Shown here in pieces: positions 49,401 to 60,292 of a DNA stretch of 64,000 nucleotides (its first letter is position 1; every line of letters starts with the position of its first letter). A model generated the notes under the pieces. It searched no databases. It was not told the DNA's origin and saw only the letters and a program-made list of their open reading frames with translations. The DNA is taken from positions 2,624,001 through 2,688,000 of the forward strand of contig CAWIAD010000002.1 of NCBI GenBank assembly GCA_963833985.1, in the 5' to 3' direction. Made by a program: the position numbers and the translations under genes. This stretch comes from an uncultured Planctomycetaceae bacterium (GTDB taxonomy: Bacteria; Planctomycetota; Planctomycetia; Isosphaerales; Isosphaeraceae).

Positions 49401-51152
49401 ATGCTGACGAGAATCCAGATCAGGAACTTCAAGAGGTTTCACGACGTCGTCGTCGAACTGGGTAGCCCGGTGGTTCTCATAGGACCGAATGACTCGGGGA
49501 AAACCACGGCATTGCAAGCGATTGCCCTGTGGGACATCGGTCTGCGGCGCTGGATCGAAAAGCGCGAGGGAAGAACAGCGCCGGACAGGAGACCAGGCGT
49601 CACCATCAACCGCCGCGACCTGATCGCCGTACCGGTGCCCGATGCCGGATTGCTGTGGCGCAATTTGCACGTTCGCGCTGGTCAGAAGGCCAACGGCGTG
49701 CAGGAGACGAAGAACATCCGGGTCGAGATCATTGTGGACGGAGCAACCGCGAACCAGACCTGGTCATGCGGCCTTGAGTTCGACTACGCGAACGACGAGT
49801 CCCTCTATTGTCGGCCCTTGCGCCTCGCCGAGGGGAAAAACCCTCAACGGATGAAGGTGCCTGACCCGGCGAAGGTCGTTCGAGTGGCGTTTCTGCCGCC
49901 GATGTCCGGGCTGCTCGCCAACGAGACGAGGCTCGATCAAGGCGCCATCAATGTCCGCCTGGGCGAGGGCAGGACCGCCGAGGTCCTGCGCAACCTGTGC
50001 TACCAGATCTCCTCGACCGACGATGAATCGCAGCGATGGGATGGGCTCGTTGCCCGGATGCTCCGCCTCTTCGGAGTGACTCTCGAGCGGCCCAGTTATC
50101 TGGCGGAGCGCGGGGAGCTCACCATGAGCTACAGGGACCAGAAAGGATACCGGCTGGACCTGTCGGCCTCGGGACGAGGGATGCAGCAGACGCTTCTTCT
50201 GCTCGCGCACATCGAGGCGAACCCTCGCACCGTGCTGCTGCTGGACGAGCCTGACGCACATCTCGAGATCCTGCGCCAGAGACAGATCTACGAGATTCTC
50301 TGCACCGCGGCGCGCGAGCGAGCCTGCCAGGTCGTCATCGCCAGCCATTCCGAGGTCGTGCTCAACGAGGCCGCCGACAGGGACGTGGTCGTGGCGTTTG
50401 TCGGCAAGCCGCATCGCATCGATGATCGCGGCAAGGAGGTTTTGAAGTCCCTCAAGGACATCGGATTCGACCAGTTCTACCAGGCCGAGCTCACGGGCTT
50501 CGTGCTCTACCTGGAGGGCCCGACGGACCTGAACATCCTTCAGGCATTCGCAGGGGTTCTGGATCATCCCGCGATCGACGTTCTGGAGCGGCCGTTCGTC
50601 CACTACGTTCAAAACCAGCCTCAGAAGGCGAGGCGGCACTTCTACGGACTGCGGGAAGCGAAGCCTGACCTCGTCGGCTTCACGCTCTGTGATCGGCTTG
50701 ATAAGGTACTGGAACCCACGCCGGAGTTGCAGGAGTATGCCTGGCCGCGGCGCGAGATCGAGAACTACCTGTGCCAGCCGGAGACCCTGCTGGCCTTCGC
50801 CAGGGCGCAGGAAGAACTGGGGGCTCCAGGGCCCTTGTTCTCGCGTCAAGAGTCAGCGGCACGCGAGCAGGCCATGCGAGAGGCAATCACCGACAACATG
50901 CCGCCCGCCGCCCTGCGCGATCCGGGCCATCCCTGGTGGGTCAACGTGAAGGCAAGCGACGAATTCCTGGATCCCGCTTTTCGATCATTCCTGGCGAGGC
51001 TGGCCTTGCCTCCAGATCTCATGAAGAAGACCGATTACCACAGGCTGGCGCGCTTTGTACCCAGGCCCCTGGTCGCATCCGAGGTCGTCGTCGTTCTCGA
51101 CGCGATCGTGCAACAGAGCCGGCGGGCCGTTCCCGCGGCTCCGGAGACCTGA
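49401..51152 (+). CDS. ABC-type ATPase-TOPRIM protein (OLD-family nuclease-like)
   Basis: Walker A GPNDSGKT, Walker B 'LLLDEPDAHL', 'ASHS', TOPRIM 'LYLEGPTD', 'CDRLD', 'REIENYL'. Confidence 0.85.
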   Translation: MLTRIQIRNFKRFHDVVVELGSPVVLIGPNDSGKTTALQAIALWDIGLRRWIEKREGRTAPDRRPGVTINRRDLIAVPVPDAGLLWRNLHVRAGQKANGVQETKNIRVEIIVDGATANQTWSCGLEFDYANDESLYCRPLRLAEGKNPQRMKVPDPAKVVRVAFLPPMSGLLANETRLDQGAINVRLGEGRTAEVLRNLCYQISSTDDESQRWDGLVARMLRLFGVTLERPSYLAERGELTMSYRDQKGYRLDLSASGRGMQQTLLLLAHIEANPRTVLLLDEPDAHLEILRQRQIYEILCTAARERACQVVIASHSEVVLNEAADRDVVVAFVGKPHRIDDRGKEVLKSLKDIGFDQFYQAELTGFVLYLEGPTDLNILQAFAGVLDHPAIDVLERPFVHYVQNQPQKARRHFYGLREAKPDLVGFTLCDRLDKVLEPTPELQEYAWPRREIENYLCQPETLLAFARAQEELGAPGPLFSRQESAAREQAMREAITDNMPPAALRDPGHPWWVNVKASDEFLDPAFRSFLARLALPPDLMKKTDYHRLARFVPRPLVASEVVVVLDAIVQQSRRAVPAAPET

Positions 51153-51197
51153 GGCAGAGCGGCACATGGTAGTCTTGATCGCCACTCATGGCCCGGT

Positions 51198-52007
51198 TCA
51201 TGGGACTTGCAGGCATTCCTCGGGCAGATGGCACTGGCCCACAATGTTCTCGACCACGCCCGAGGCGATGGCCTCGAGCTTGCGGTCGGCGGCCGCCATG
51301 AGGCAGAGCGCTGCCAGACCGTCAAGTCTCGCGGGGTTGCCGCGGCTATGCAGGTGCAGGCGGGTCGCGGCGCGCTGGCCGAACACCTGCTCGCGGTTTC
51401 CGGCCGCGGCGAGCTTGGCCGAGAGATAGGTTTCGACCTCGGAACAGGAGAGCGGCTTCAGGCCAATCGCCAGAGTCCAGGGGTTCACGAGCCCCGACGG
51501 CTCGAGACCCTCGTCGCTCAGGACCAGCACAACGGTGACGCGTCCCGCCGACCTGCCGGCAAGGTGACGGAGGTGCAATAGGTCCATGGCGCCGCCGCCT
51601 GCAACCAGCGGCCAGCCCTCGTCCACCGCGAGCACGACCTGAAAGCCCTGCGCCACCCAGGCCCGCACCGCTTGCTCCAGTGCCTGCCAGGCCTGGATCC
51701 GGCCAGAGCCGTCCGGGCAGAACGTCCCCAGCGCCCCGGCCAGCTTCTGGAAGAGCTGTCCGCCGTCCAGCGGGTTGAGCACCCGGGCGAATCGGCGGCG
51801 CGGATGGCGCGCCTCGGCCAGCGCCCGGCTCAGCACCAGGCTCTTACCCATTCCGGTCGACGCACGGAGCACGGCCAGTGCATGTCCGGCATCGACGGCA
51901 TGGAGCAGCCGCGCGACCGCCTCCTCGTGCCCGGCAAGCGGAACATAGATGCCCCCCCGCTCGCCGAACGGGTCCCGTTTCAGTCCCCAGTGCTCGAGCC
52001 AGCTCAC
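51198..52007 (-). CDS. ExeA-like AAA ATPase
   Basis: 'WGLKRDPF', 'HEEAVARL', 'TGMGKS', 'LAVDEG', 'SRGNP'. Confidence 0.75.
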   Translation of the reverse strand: MSWLEHWGLKRDPFGERGGIYVPLAGHEEAVARLLHAVDAGHALAVLRASTGMGKSLVLSRALAEARHPRRRFARVLNPLDGGQLFQKLAGALGTFCPDGSGRIQAWQALEQAVRAWVAQGFQVVLAVDEGWPLVAGGGAMDLLHLRHLAGRSAGRVTVVLVLSDEGLEPSGLVNPWTLAIGLKPLSCSEVETYLSAKLAAAGNREQVFGQRAATRLHLHSRGNPARLDGLAALCLMAAADRKLEAIASGVVENIVGQCHLPEECLQVP

Positions 52008-52155
52008 TCCACGGCTCTCCTCTCCCCAGTCGTCGCCGATACGATGCGCTGCGTGCTTTTGGCCCCAGCCGCGATTCCAGAGGCCGCCGCATCCCACCCT
52101 GTCCCTACAATCGGATAGGATGCGGGAGGGACTTTGGCCCGAATCGGAGCCGAGC

Positions 52156-52911
52156 GTGTCGCGACGTTTTTATTGCCCCGAACCACCCCGGAGCGGCCGC
52201 TTCAGTCTTCAGGCCGAGGAATCGCGTCATCTCCTGCGGGTCTGCCGCCACGTGCCGGGGGACGTCGTGGAAATCTTCGACGGCCGGGGGTTTGCGACGG
52301 CCGCGCGGATCGTTGAATCCGGTCAGGACGCCGCCGTCCTGGTCGCCGAAGGTCCGCCCATCCCGGACACGCCCGCACCCTGCATCTTGACCCTGGCCAC
52401 CGCGATTCCCAAGGGCGACCGGTTCGACTGGCTCGTCGAGAAGGCCACCGAGCTGGGGGTGGCGCGGCTGATTCCCCTGCGCTGCGAGCATTCGGTGGTG
52501 GATCCGCGCGGTTCGAAGCTGGACCGCCTGCGGCGCACGATTGTCGAGGCATGCAAGCAAGCGGGACGGAACTCGCTGATGGTCCTGGATACCCCGAGCC
52601 GCTGGACCGACCTGGTGGCCTCCTCGGCGCAACCATTTCGTTTCCTCGGGCATCCCGCCGGCCTGCCGCCCTCGCGCTGGCCGCGGCTCACCGGACCGTG
52701 CGAGGTCGTCCTGGCGATCGGTCCGGAAGGGGGGCTCAGCCCAGCCGAGCACGACCTGGCGCTGGCCGCTGGCTGGCTGCCCATTCGCCTGGCGCCGCAC
52801 GTCTTGCGCGTGGAGACCGCCGGGCTGGCGGGCGCCGCGGCGCTGCTGTCCAGGTGCGAGCCCACAGACCACGGCGCCGGCCCGTCCTCTGGTTTTCAGC
52901 CGGTCCACTGA
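52156..52911 (+). CDS. rsmE: 16S rRNA m3U1498 methyltransferase
   Basis: 'KGDRFDWLVEKATELGV', 'EACKQ', 'IGPEGGLS', 'LRVETA'. Confidence 0.93.
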   Translation: MSRRFYCPEPPRSGRFSLQAEESRHLLRVCRHVPGDVVEIFDGRGFATAARIVESGQDAAVLVAEGPPIPDTPAPCILTLATAIPKGDRFDWLVEKATELGVARLIPLRCEHSVVDPRGSKLDRLRRTIVEACKQAGRNSLMVLDTPSRWTDLVASSAQPFRFLGHPAGLPPSRWPRLTGPCEVVLAIGPEGGLSPAEHDLALAAGWLPIRLAPHVLRVETAGLAGAAALLSRCEPTDHGAGPSSGFQPVH

Positions 52912-53309
52912 CCGCCCGACTTGTCCTGGTAAACCGACCAGACGAAGCCGTCGGGATCTCGCAGGGCGAACTCGCGCCAGCCCCATGCCTGGTCGGCCGG
53001 CTCGCCAGAGACGCTGAGGATCGCCCCCTGGTCCAGGCAATGCGTGTAAAAGGCGTCAACGTCGTCCACCTGGAGCTGAAGGTGGATGCCGACGCCCAGG
53101 CGGGTGTCGGTGAACTCGTCGGCATGCGCTTCCTGAGGGTGGATCATCAGGGTGAAGTCCTCGATCCGCAGAATTGCCAGGCTGAACGGGGCACCCTCGT
53201 GCTCGGCATGGACCTGGAGGATCTCCGCGCCCACCACCTCGTTATAGAACTCGAGCGAGCGGCGAACGTCCTTGACGTACAGGAAGACGCTCGTGACCCT
53301 GGTCGCCAT
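52896..53309 (-). CDS. VOC/glyoxalase family protein
   Basis: 'LYVKDVRRSLEFY', 'VDDVDA', 'WGWREFALRDPDG'. Confidence 0.9.
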   Translation of the reverse strand: MATRVTSVFLYVKDVRRSLEFYNEVVGAEILQVHAEHEGAPFSLAILRIEDFTLMIHPQEAHADEFTDTRLGVGIHLQLQVDDVDAFYTHCLDQGAILSVSGEPADQAWGWREFALRDPDGFVWSVYQDKSGGQWTG

Positions 53310-53719
53310 TCGCTCCCCCCTCTTTCACCTCGATGGCATGGTTCCGGCTCGAAGTTTTCGGCAGGATACTCCTAACCCCGGATCATGACAACGTTAACCG
53401 CTCCAGCAAGCAGGCTCGGCGGCTACGCCCGCAGGCACCACGTGCTTGCCGGGTGGTCATCGGCCCCGAACTGCTGCGCGTGCCGGCCCCCGATGACGTC
53501 CGGGCAAGTTCCTGGCACGCCTGGCCGCCCGCGCTGACTCCGGAGCCTATCGCGTCTTCGATCCGACTGTTTTCAGATCCGTCCCTGGTCTCGCCACGGT
53601 CCTGGCCTTGCCGGAATTCCTCTCCGGATACACGAACTCTCCGGTCGGCTATGCTGGTATCAGCCGGACGGTCTGCACTTCGATCGGGAAATCTGCCGCC
53701 GGCGCGGAGTCTTACCCGC

Positions 53720-54745
53720 ATGCGCATTGACAATGAGCCCAAGCTTGACTTTGACGATGTCCTGATTCGCCCCAAGCGGTCCGAGGCGCCCACCCGGGCG
53801 AGCGTGGTCCTGGAGCGCGAGTACCGCTTCCTGAACAGCAAGGGAAGCTGGAAAGGCATCCCCATCGTGGCCTCGAACATGGACACCATCGGCACCATGG
53901 CGATGGCCCGGGCGATCAGCCCCGCCATGATGACTTCCCTGCACAAGCATTACCCGGAGGACCGGCTCATCGAATTCTTCCGGGAGCCCGCGCACCAGAC
54001 CAGCGTCTTTTACACGCTGGGAATCAAGGACGAGGAGTTCAACAAGTTCAGAGCCGTGAAGGCCCGGATGGACCTGCGCCTTGTCTGCGTGGATGCGGCC
54101 AACGGCTATACCAAGTACTTCGTCGAACGGGTCAAGCGGATCCGCGAAACCTTCCCGCAGATGACCATCATGGCGGGCAACGTCGCCACGCCCGACATGG
54201 TGCAGGAGCTGCTCATCTCCGGCGCAGCGGATATTGTGAAAATCGGCATCGGCCCGGGCAGCGTGTGCACAACCCGGATCATGACCGGGGTGGGGTATCC
54301 CCAGCTCTCGGCCATCATCGAGTGCGCCGATGCGGCGCACGGGCTGCGGGGGCACGTCTGCGCCGACGGCGGCTGCCGCTCGCCGGGCGACGTCGTCAAG
54401 GCGTTCGCCGCAGGCGCGGACTTCGTCATGCTCGGCGGCCTGCTCGCCGGCGTCGACGAGTGCGAGGGCGAATGGATCGTCAAGGACGGAGAGCGCGCGG
54501 CCCTGTCGTTCTACGGCATGTCCAGCCGCAAGGCACTCGACCGGTACTCCGGCGGCCGGAGAGATTACCGGGCGTGCGAGGGGAGAGAGGTCGAGATTGC
54601 CGCCAAGGGGCCGGTCAAGGAAACCCTCCAGGAGATCACCGGCGGTATCCGCAGCGCCTGTGCGTATGTCGGAGCCACACGCCTCAAGGACCTCTCCAAA
54701 TGCACGACATTCGTCCTCCGGGCCCGTCCGCTGGGCCGGGAATGA
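53720..54745 (+). CDS. guaC: GMP reductase
   Basis: 'KLDFDDVLIRPKRS', 'NMDT', 'KIGIGPGSVCTTR', 'YPQLSAIIECADAAHG'. No CBS domains. Confidence 0.92.
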   Translation: MRIDNEPKLDFDDVLIRPKRSEAPTRASVVLEREYRFLNSKGSWKGIPIVASNMDTIGTMAMARAISPAMMTSLHKHYPEDRLIEFFREPAHQTSVFYTLGIKDEEFNKFRAVKARMDLRLVCVDAANGYTKYFVERVKRIRETFPQMTIMAGNVATPDMVQELLISGAADIVKIGIGPGSVCTTRIMTGVGYPQLSAIIECADAAHGLRGHVCADGGCRSPGDVVKAFAAGADFVMLGGLLAGVDECEGEWIVKDGERAALSFYGMSSRKALDRYSGGRRDYRACEGREVEIAAKGPVKETLQEITGGIRSACAYVGATRLKDLSKCTTFVLRARPLGRE

Positions 54746-54776
54746 GGCCGGCGCCAGGCTGTTCCGGCATTCGGTC

Positions 54777-55639
54777 TCAGGCGTGATGCTTGGGCGGCAC
54801 GACTTGGAGGCCGAAGACGCGGCTGGCATGGCCGACATGCCCCACTTCATCGACCGCACGGACCGCCAGGTGATACTTGCCGACAGCCAGCGGTGTGGTG
54901 ATGTGCAGCGCGTACTGGCCGTTCTGAGACACGATGGACGTGCCGATCACCTGTCCCGTGGTCACGTTCACCATCTGGATGGTCGTACCGCTCTCGTAGC
55001 TGCCCACATAGGTCGGCGCGGGCAGCGGCGTGACCGCGACCCGCGGGTTCACCTGGTGGCCCGTGCCCTTGGTGATCGTCGGCGCCCGGGCGCGGGCATC
55101 TGCTGGCCGATCACGAGGGCCAGTTGAAGGATGTACGCATTGTCATTCGTTGCCAGGAACGTGGGGTTGATGCTCGCCGTGTCCACCTGGCTCACGAGCT
55201 GATTGACGGACGTCACAATGTTGGTGAGGCCCGGGTTGGGGGTGTTGGCCGAGATGAGCACCGAGCTGAACAGGTGGTTGAGCCGCTGGGCGTTGGCGGA
55301 GCTGAGCGACGAGGCGAAGACGATGTTCCGCAGGGCCATGTTGTAATCGGTCAGTCCCTGTGGGGGCGGCGGGGTGATCTGCGACATGATCTCGTTCAGG
55401 CCGAGCTGAATCTGGTTGATGGTGATCGGCGGCAGGATCCGGTTCGGCCCCAGCGCGCGCAGATTGATGGGCATCTTCTGGATGCGCAGCTCTTTTTGCT
55501 GGAAGGTGATCGGTAAAGGCTGCGTGGTCGTGGTGTTGCCCAGGAAGTTGAAGCCGCTCCCCGTGGTGGCAAGGAGCATGCGGCCTTCCAGGCCCTCGCT
55601 CGAGGGAAGGAAGCGACGGCGGTGGCGGAGGCGGTCCAT
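54777..55639 (-). CDS. Planctomycete extracellular protein with C-terminal Ig-like domain (frameshift near 55090)
   Basis: 'EGLEGRMLLA'. Second ORF has 'PTYVGSYESGTTI...LAVGKYHLAVRAVD.VGH'. Confidence 0.7.
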
Positions 55640-55870
55640 CGCGCGGATCTCCAGCGGAGAGAGCGATCTGTTCGCCGGCACAGCGACGCCGGGACAAACC
55701 GGCGATTCCATCATTCCGAGACGCACCAACAATCCCGCGAAATGCAAAGCGGGGATTGGCGTTGCTCGCCAGAAACGACATGCCTGTACAGTCCCCTGCA
55801 TGAGGACCGGCGATGTCATACCACAAGGCCCGTGGCGTGCCTAGAGCGGCTTTGGGCCGGCGGCGAAACG

Positions 55871-57610
55871 GGGTGTAAGACGCGGTTCGCGCCGCCCGAG
55901 GCCGGTGGTAGCATGTCAAGTCAAGTTTCCCAAATTGTCCGTCACCGGAAGTCCAAGGAGGGACCTGCTATGCCTTTCCGTAAGTCACCATCGATGGATC
56001 GCACCGGGGTCGAGCAGATGGCCAAAGGGTGGGGGAAAACTGTGGCGCGACGGGTCCACGAAGAAGTTGGGCCTGACCTGGACCTCGATGCCGACGACAT
56101 GGAACAAATGGCCATGACCGCGGCCTGTGCCGTGGCCAAGGGAACCATCGAGGAACTCCTGAAGCAGAAAGCCTCCCTCTTGGGGGCCGAGCAGCCTTGT
56201 CCCAACTGCAAGCGGCTCTGTCCGGTGCAACGCAACGATCGAACCATTGAATTCTGGGGAGGCAAGGTCACCTACGCCGAACCGAAGTGCCACTGCCCGG
56301 CATGTCGCCGGGATTTTTTTCCCTCAGCGTCCGGCCTTGCGCCTCACGCCACATGACTACAGCCCTTCGGTGCTGCGCAAGATCGTCCGTTGCGGTGCCC
56401 GGGAGCCCTCCTTCCGGGAGGCGGCCGAGGCGATGGCGGAATTGGCCGAGGTGACCATCGGCAGTCGGCAGATCGGCCGCATCGCCCAGGAGGTCGGCCA
56501 ACAATTGCAGGCCGAGAGAGATCAGCATGTGAGCGAACTTCAAGCCCATAAGCTCGAGCCGCGAGTCGAGACACGGCCGGCTCTGGCAGTGGTCGAGGTT
56601 GACGGCGGCCGGCTGCAGATTCGCGGCCAGGGGGAAGGGCCCGGTGCCCATGATGCGTCCTGGCGTGAGGACAAGATCGCGATTCTGGCCACCATGGCCA
56701 ATGTCGTCTCGGACTGCGACCCGGAGCCGGAGTTGCCCGCCTGCTACCGCGACCGGGGATACGTCGAGAAGCTTGTCGGCGGGATCAGCGGGTCGAGCTC
56801 GATGGGCCTACAGGAGGCCCCGGCGGAGAACATCGACGAAGCATCTCTGCCGTCCCCCGGGGATCGGTCCGAGCCGAGGGAAAGGCCCGAACTGGTGGTG
56901 CGGACTTACGTGGCGAGCACCTGCTCCAGCGAGCAATTCGGGCCGATGGTGGCCGCGGAGGCGTGGCGACGCAATCTCATGAAAGCGGCTCATCGGGCGT
57001 TCCTGGGGGACGGCTCGGCCTGGATCTGGAAATTGCAGCAACGGCATTTTCCGACCTTTCTGGCCATCGTTGATTTTCTCCACGCCCTGGGTCACCTGTT
57101 CGCGGCCGCCAAGGCTGCGGCGATCGAGACCGAAGGCCGCTGGGAGTTGTTCCAGGCATGGGCGGAGGCCTGCTGGAAGGGACGCGTGGGCCAGGTGATT
57201 GAGGAACTCCGTACCCTGCGAGATGCCCAGGCGTCCTTATCCGGAGACGAGCTCGAACGGCTGGCCGACGATGACCCGCGCAAGATCATCGCCCAAGAAC
57301 TCGGCTACCTGGAGCATAATCGAGAGCGGATGGACTACCCTGCTTATCGACGCGGGGGATTGCCGTGGACGAGCAGTCACGTGGAGTCGACCGTGAAGAT
57401 CTTCAACCGGCGGGTCAAGGGGTCGGAGAAATTCTGGAGCGACGCCGGTGCCGAGACGATGCTTCAGCTTCGAGCGTCGTTCCTCTCGGAGGACGGACGC
57501 CTGGATCGGTACCTCAAAGAGAGGCCCAGCAGCCCCTTCCGCAACTATAAAGCCAGGGAAACTGGGAAAGCGGCGTAGGACCTCAGAAAAACGAACCGTG
57601 TCTTACACCC
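55871..57610 (+). mobile_element. ISKra4-family-like insertion sequence
   Basis: 19-bp TIR GGGTGTAAGAC(G/A)CGGTTCG. 9-bp target duplication GGCGAAACG at 55862-55870 and 57611-57619. Confidence 0.92.
55970..57578 (+). CDS. ISKra4-like transposase in two ORFs (55970-56356, 56247-57578)
   Basis: CPNC...CPACRRDFFP zinc ribbon, 'VDGG', 'LGDGSAWIW', 'DFLHA', 'MDYPAYR..GLP.TSS.VES'. Confidence 0.88.
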
Positions 57611-57952
57611 GGCGAAACGGGAAACCGGGCAAAATGAGAGCCAGAGTGGTCCGATCGCGGGGTTTTGTCGCTCAATCCTTGCATTGCCGCTGGCTGCTCC
57701 ACTCTGGCCATGGCGCGTCTCGCGGCATCCCGACTTCCTGGGCACCGGCCATTCGGTGCCGGTCGGCCGCAGCACCAGGATCGGTGACTGGCCCTGTTTC
57801 CCCAACGCCCTGATGCTTCCTGGAGATCGTCCCTGTATCATGGCCCTGGCGACCTGACCTTGCGGCTCTCCTCTCCCGTCCCCGCACTCCACCCCGCCGA
57901 CGCTTCGACCGGTGAAGCCCGGCTCGGCACACCACTTCGGAGACCTGCATTC

Positions 57953-59837
57953 ATGATTGCTGTCGTCAAGAGAAGACTTCTGTTGCTGACCATCTCCACG
58001 TCATTGCTGCCGCTGGCCCTGCGCGCCCAGGAACCGCCGCCGGCCAGGCCCGCCAGTCCTGAAGCCGCCAGGCCGGCCGCGACCGCCGCGGAACCGAAGG
58101 CGGCGACCGACCCGATCGAACGCATCAAGGACCAGGGGCTACATCATTCCCAGGTCATGGCGACACTGTCGTACCTCACCGACGTGATCGGCCCGCGGCT
58201 CACCGGGTCGCCCAACCTGAAGCGGGCCAATGAATGGACCTGCCAGACCTTGACGAAATGGGGGCTTGCCAATGCCCACCTCGAGGCCTGGGGACCCTTC
58301 GGCAAGGGCTGGACGCTGAAGCGCTTCTCCGCCCAGATCATCGAGCCGCAGTGCATTCCGCTGATCGCGTTTCCCAAGGCCTGGTCGCCGTCCACCGAGG
58401 GGCCGTTGGCCGGGCAAGTCGTCTACTTCGACGCCAGGACCGAGGCCGATTTCGCGAAGTTCAAGGGCAAGCTGAAAGGGGCCATCGTGCTGACTGGCCC
58501 GCCGCATGCCGTGTCGCCCGGCTTCGAGCCGATCGCCACGCGCCGGACCGATACCCAGTTGCTCGAGATGGCCGACGCCGACATGCCCGGGGCCGCGCGC
58601 TCTGGCATGGGCGGGCCGCCCGCCAGTCGCAATGCCGGCCAGAACCCGAGCCCGGGCCAGAACGCATCGCCGAATCGCGCCGCCGGAACAGGCCCGCAGG
58701 CGAGCGCCTCGGCGCCCGGCAGGCGCCCCGCCGAGCGCGCGGCGGAACCGCTTCAGTCCCGAGATGCGTGCCCAGCGGGAACTGGCCAGCAAGAAGGCCA
58801 AGTTCCTGGCCGACGAGGGCGCTGCCCTGCTGGTCGATTGCAGCAACCAGGGCGACGGCGGCACGCTTTTCGTTGCCCAGGCCAGCGTGCCCGGCGTCGC
58901 GGCGTTCCCGGTCCCCGGCCAGGCGCAGCAGGCCCGGCGGGTCTCGGCCTGGGACAAGGACGCGCCCAGGATCCCGCCCCAGATCGTGGTGGCCAAGGAA
59001 CACTACAACCGGATGGTGCGGATGATCGAGCAGGGCGAGACTCTGAAGATCGTCGTCGACATCGCGGCCCAGTTCCACGACGACGACCTCATGGCGTATA
59101 ACACCATCGCCGAGATTCCCGGGTCGGATCTCAAGGATGAGGTCGTCATGCTGGGCGGCCACCTCGACTCCTGGCATAGCGGCACCGGCGCCACGGATAA
59201 CGGGGCCGGCTGCGCCGTGACGATGGAGGCCGTGCGGATCCTCAAGACGCTGGACCTGAAGCCCCGGCGGACCATCCGCATCGGTCTTTGGTCGGGCGAG
59301 GAGCAGGGCATCTACGGCTCACGCGCCTACGTGGCCCAGCATTTCGGCAAATCGTCGGATCCCATGGCGGCAATGATGGGCGCGCCCGAGAGTTCCGCGG
59401 CGCGCACTGAAGGCGAGAACGGCAAGGCCGCGCCGGAGCCCAAGCCCGAGTTCACCAGGTTCTCCGGCTACTTCAACCTGGATAATGGCACCGGCAAGAT
59501 CCGCGGCGTCTACATGCAGGGGAACGAGGGCGTCCGGCCGATCTTCCGCAAGTGGCTCCAGCCGTTCCGCGAGATGGGTGCCGCCACCCTGACCCTGAAC
59601 AACACCGGCGGCACCGACCACCTGTCGTTCGACGGCATCGGCCTGCCCGGCTTCCAGTTCATCCAGGACGAGATCCACTACAGTACCAGGACCCACCACT
59701 CCAACCAGGACGTCTACGACCAGATCCAGGCCGACGACCTGAAACAGGCCTCGGTGATCATGGCGGCGTTTGTCTACAACACAGCCATGCTGGACGCGAA
59801 GCTGCCGCGCAAGCCGCAAGCACGCGCGGCCCGCTGA
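57953..59837 (+). CDS. M28-family metallopeptidase (frameshift near 58730)
   Basis: '[13 protein letters not shown]', '[15 protein letters not shown]', 'WSGEEQG', 'NLDNG', 'GGTDH', 'HHSNQD'. Confidence 0.9.
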
Positions 59838-59880
59838 GCGAGTGACCCGCTGAGCGAGTGAGCAGGCGTACGAGCCGGGA

Positions 59881-59920
59881 GGGGCCGTCGCGAACCTGGA
59901 TGGGGTCGCGACGGCCTTTT
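59881..59920 (+). terminator. Rho-independent terminator
   Basis: GGCCGTCGCGA...TCGCGACGGCC stem followed by TTTT, between convergent genes. Confidence 0.7.
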
Positions 59921-59938
59921 CACTGGCGTCGGTCGTCT

Positions 59939-60241
59939 TCAGGCGGCCGAGGGATAGCGCCGCTCCAGGTCGTCAAGGAACCGCTTGATCTGGCGCGTGC
60001 CCGAACGGTGCATGCCCGGAAACTGTTTCTGGAACCAGATCTCGGCCCTGGAAAAGAGACGCGGCCAGAGCGTGACCGCTCCGAGCAGGAGGAACGGACT
60101 GCCCACCGGGCCGGGTAGGAGAATGCCGCCCACGCCGGCGACCAGCAGCAGCACGCCCACTTCTCTGGGCAACTGGCCAATTCGCTCCGGGGGATCATTG
60201 GTCCATGAGGATTCCGGAATACGCGAGCTCCTGGACGCCAT
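59939..60241 (-). CDS. Small membrane protein
   Basis: Hydrophobic hairpin 'GVLLLVAGVGGILLPGPVGSPFLLLG' and 'FLDDLERRYP'. Confidence 0.7.
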   Translation of the reverse strand: MASRSSRIPESSWTNDPPERIGQLPREVGVLLLVAGVGGILLPGPVGSPFLLLGAVTLWPRLFSRAEIWFQKQFPGMHRSGTRQIKRFLDDLERRYPSAA

Positions 60242-60292
60242 GATCAGTGCCCCCGGGTCTGGTTTTGCGAGACGGCCCCCCGTCCGCACTTT

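Noticed and set aside
387..59837. About a dozen frameshifted genes (DUF1592, DUF1552, Hsp70, LptD-like, cinA, truD, GT-C, M28 and others) read as pseudogenes or programmed recoding
   Set aside because: The breaks are scattered, often in G/C runs, hit likely important genes and come without other decay. Uncorrected long-read indels are the simplest explanation. Read polishing would decide.
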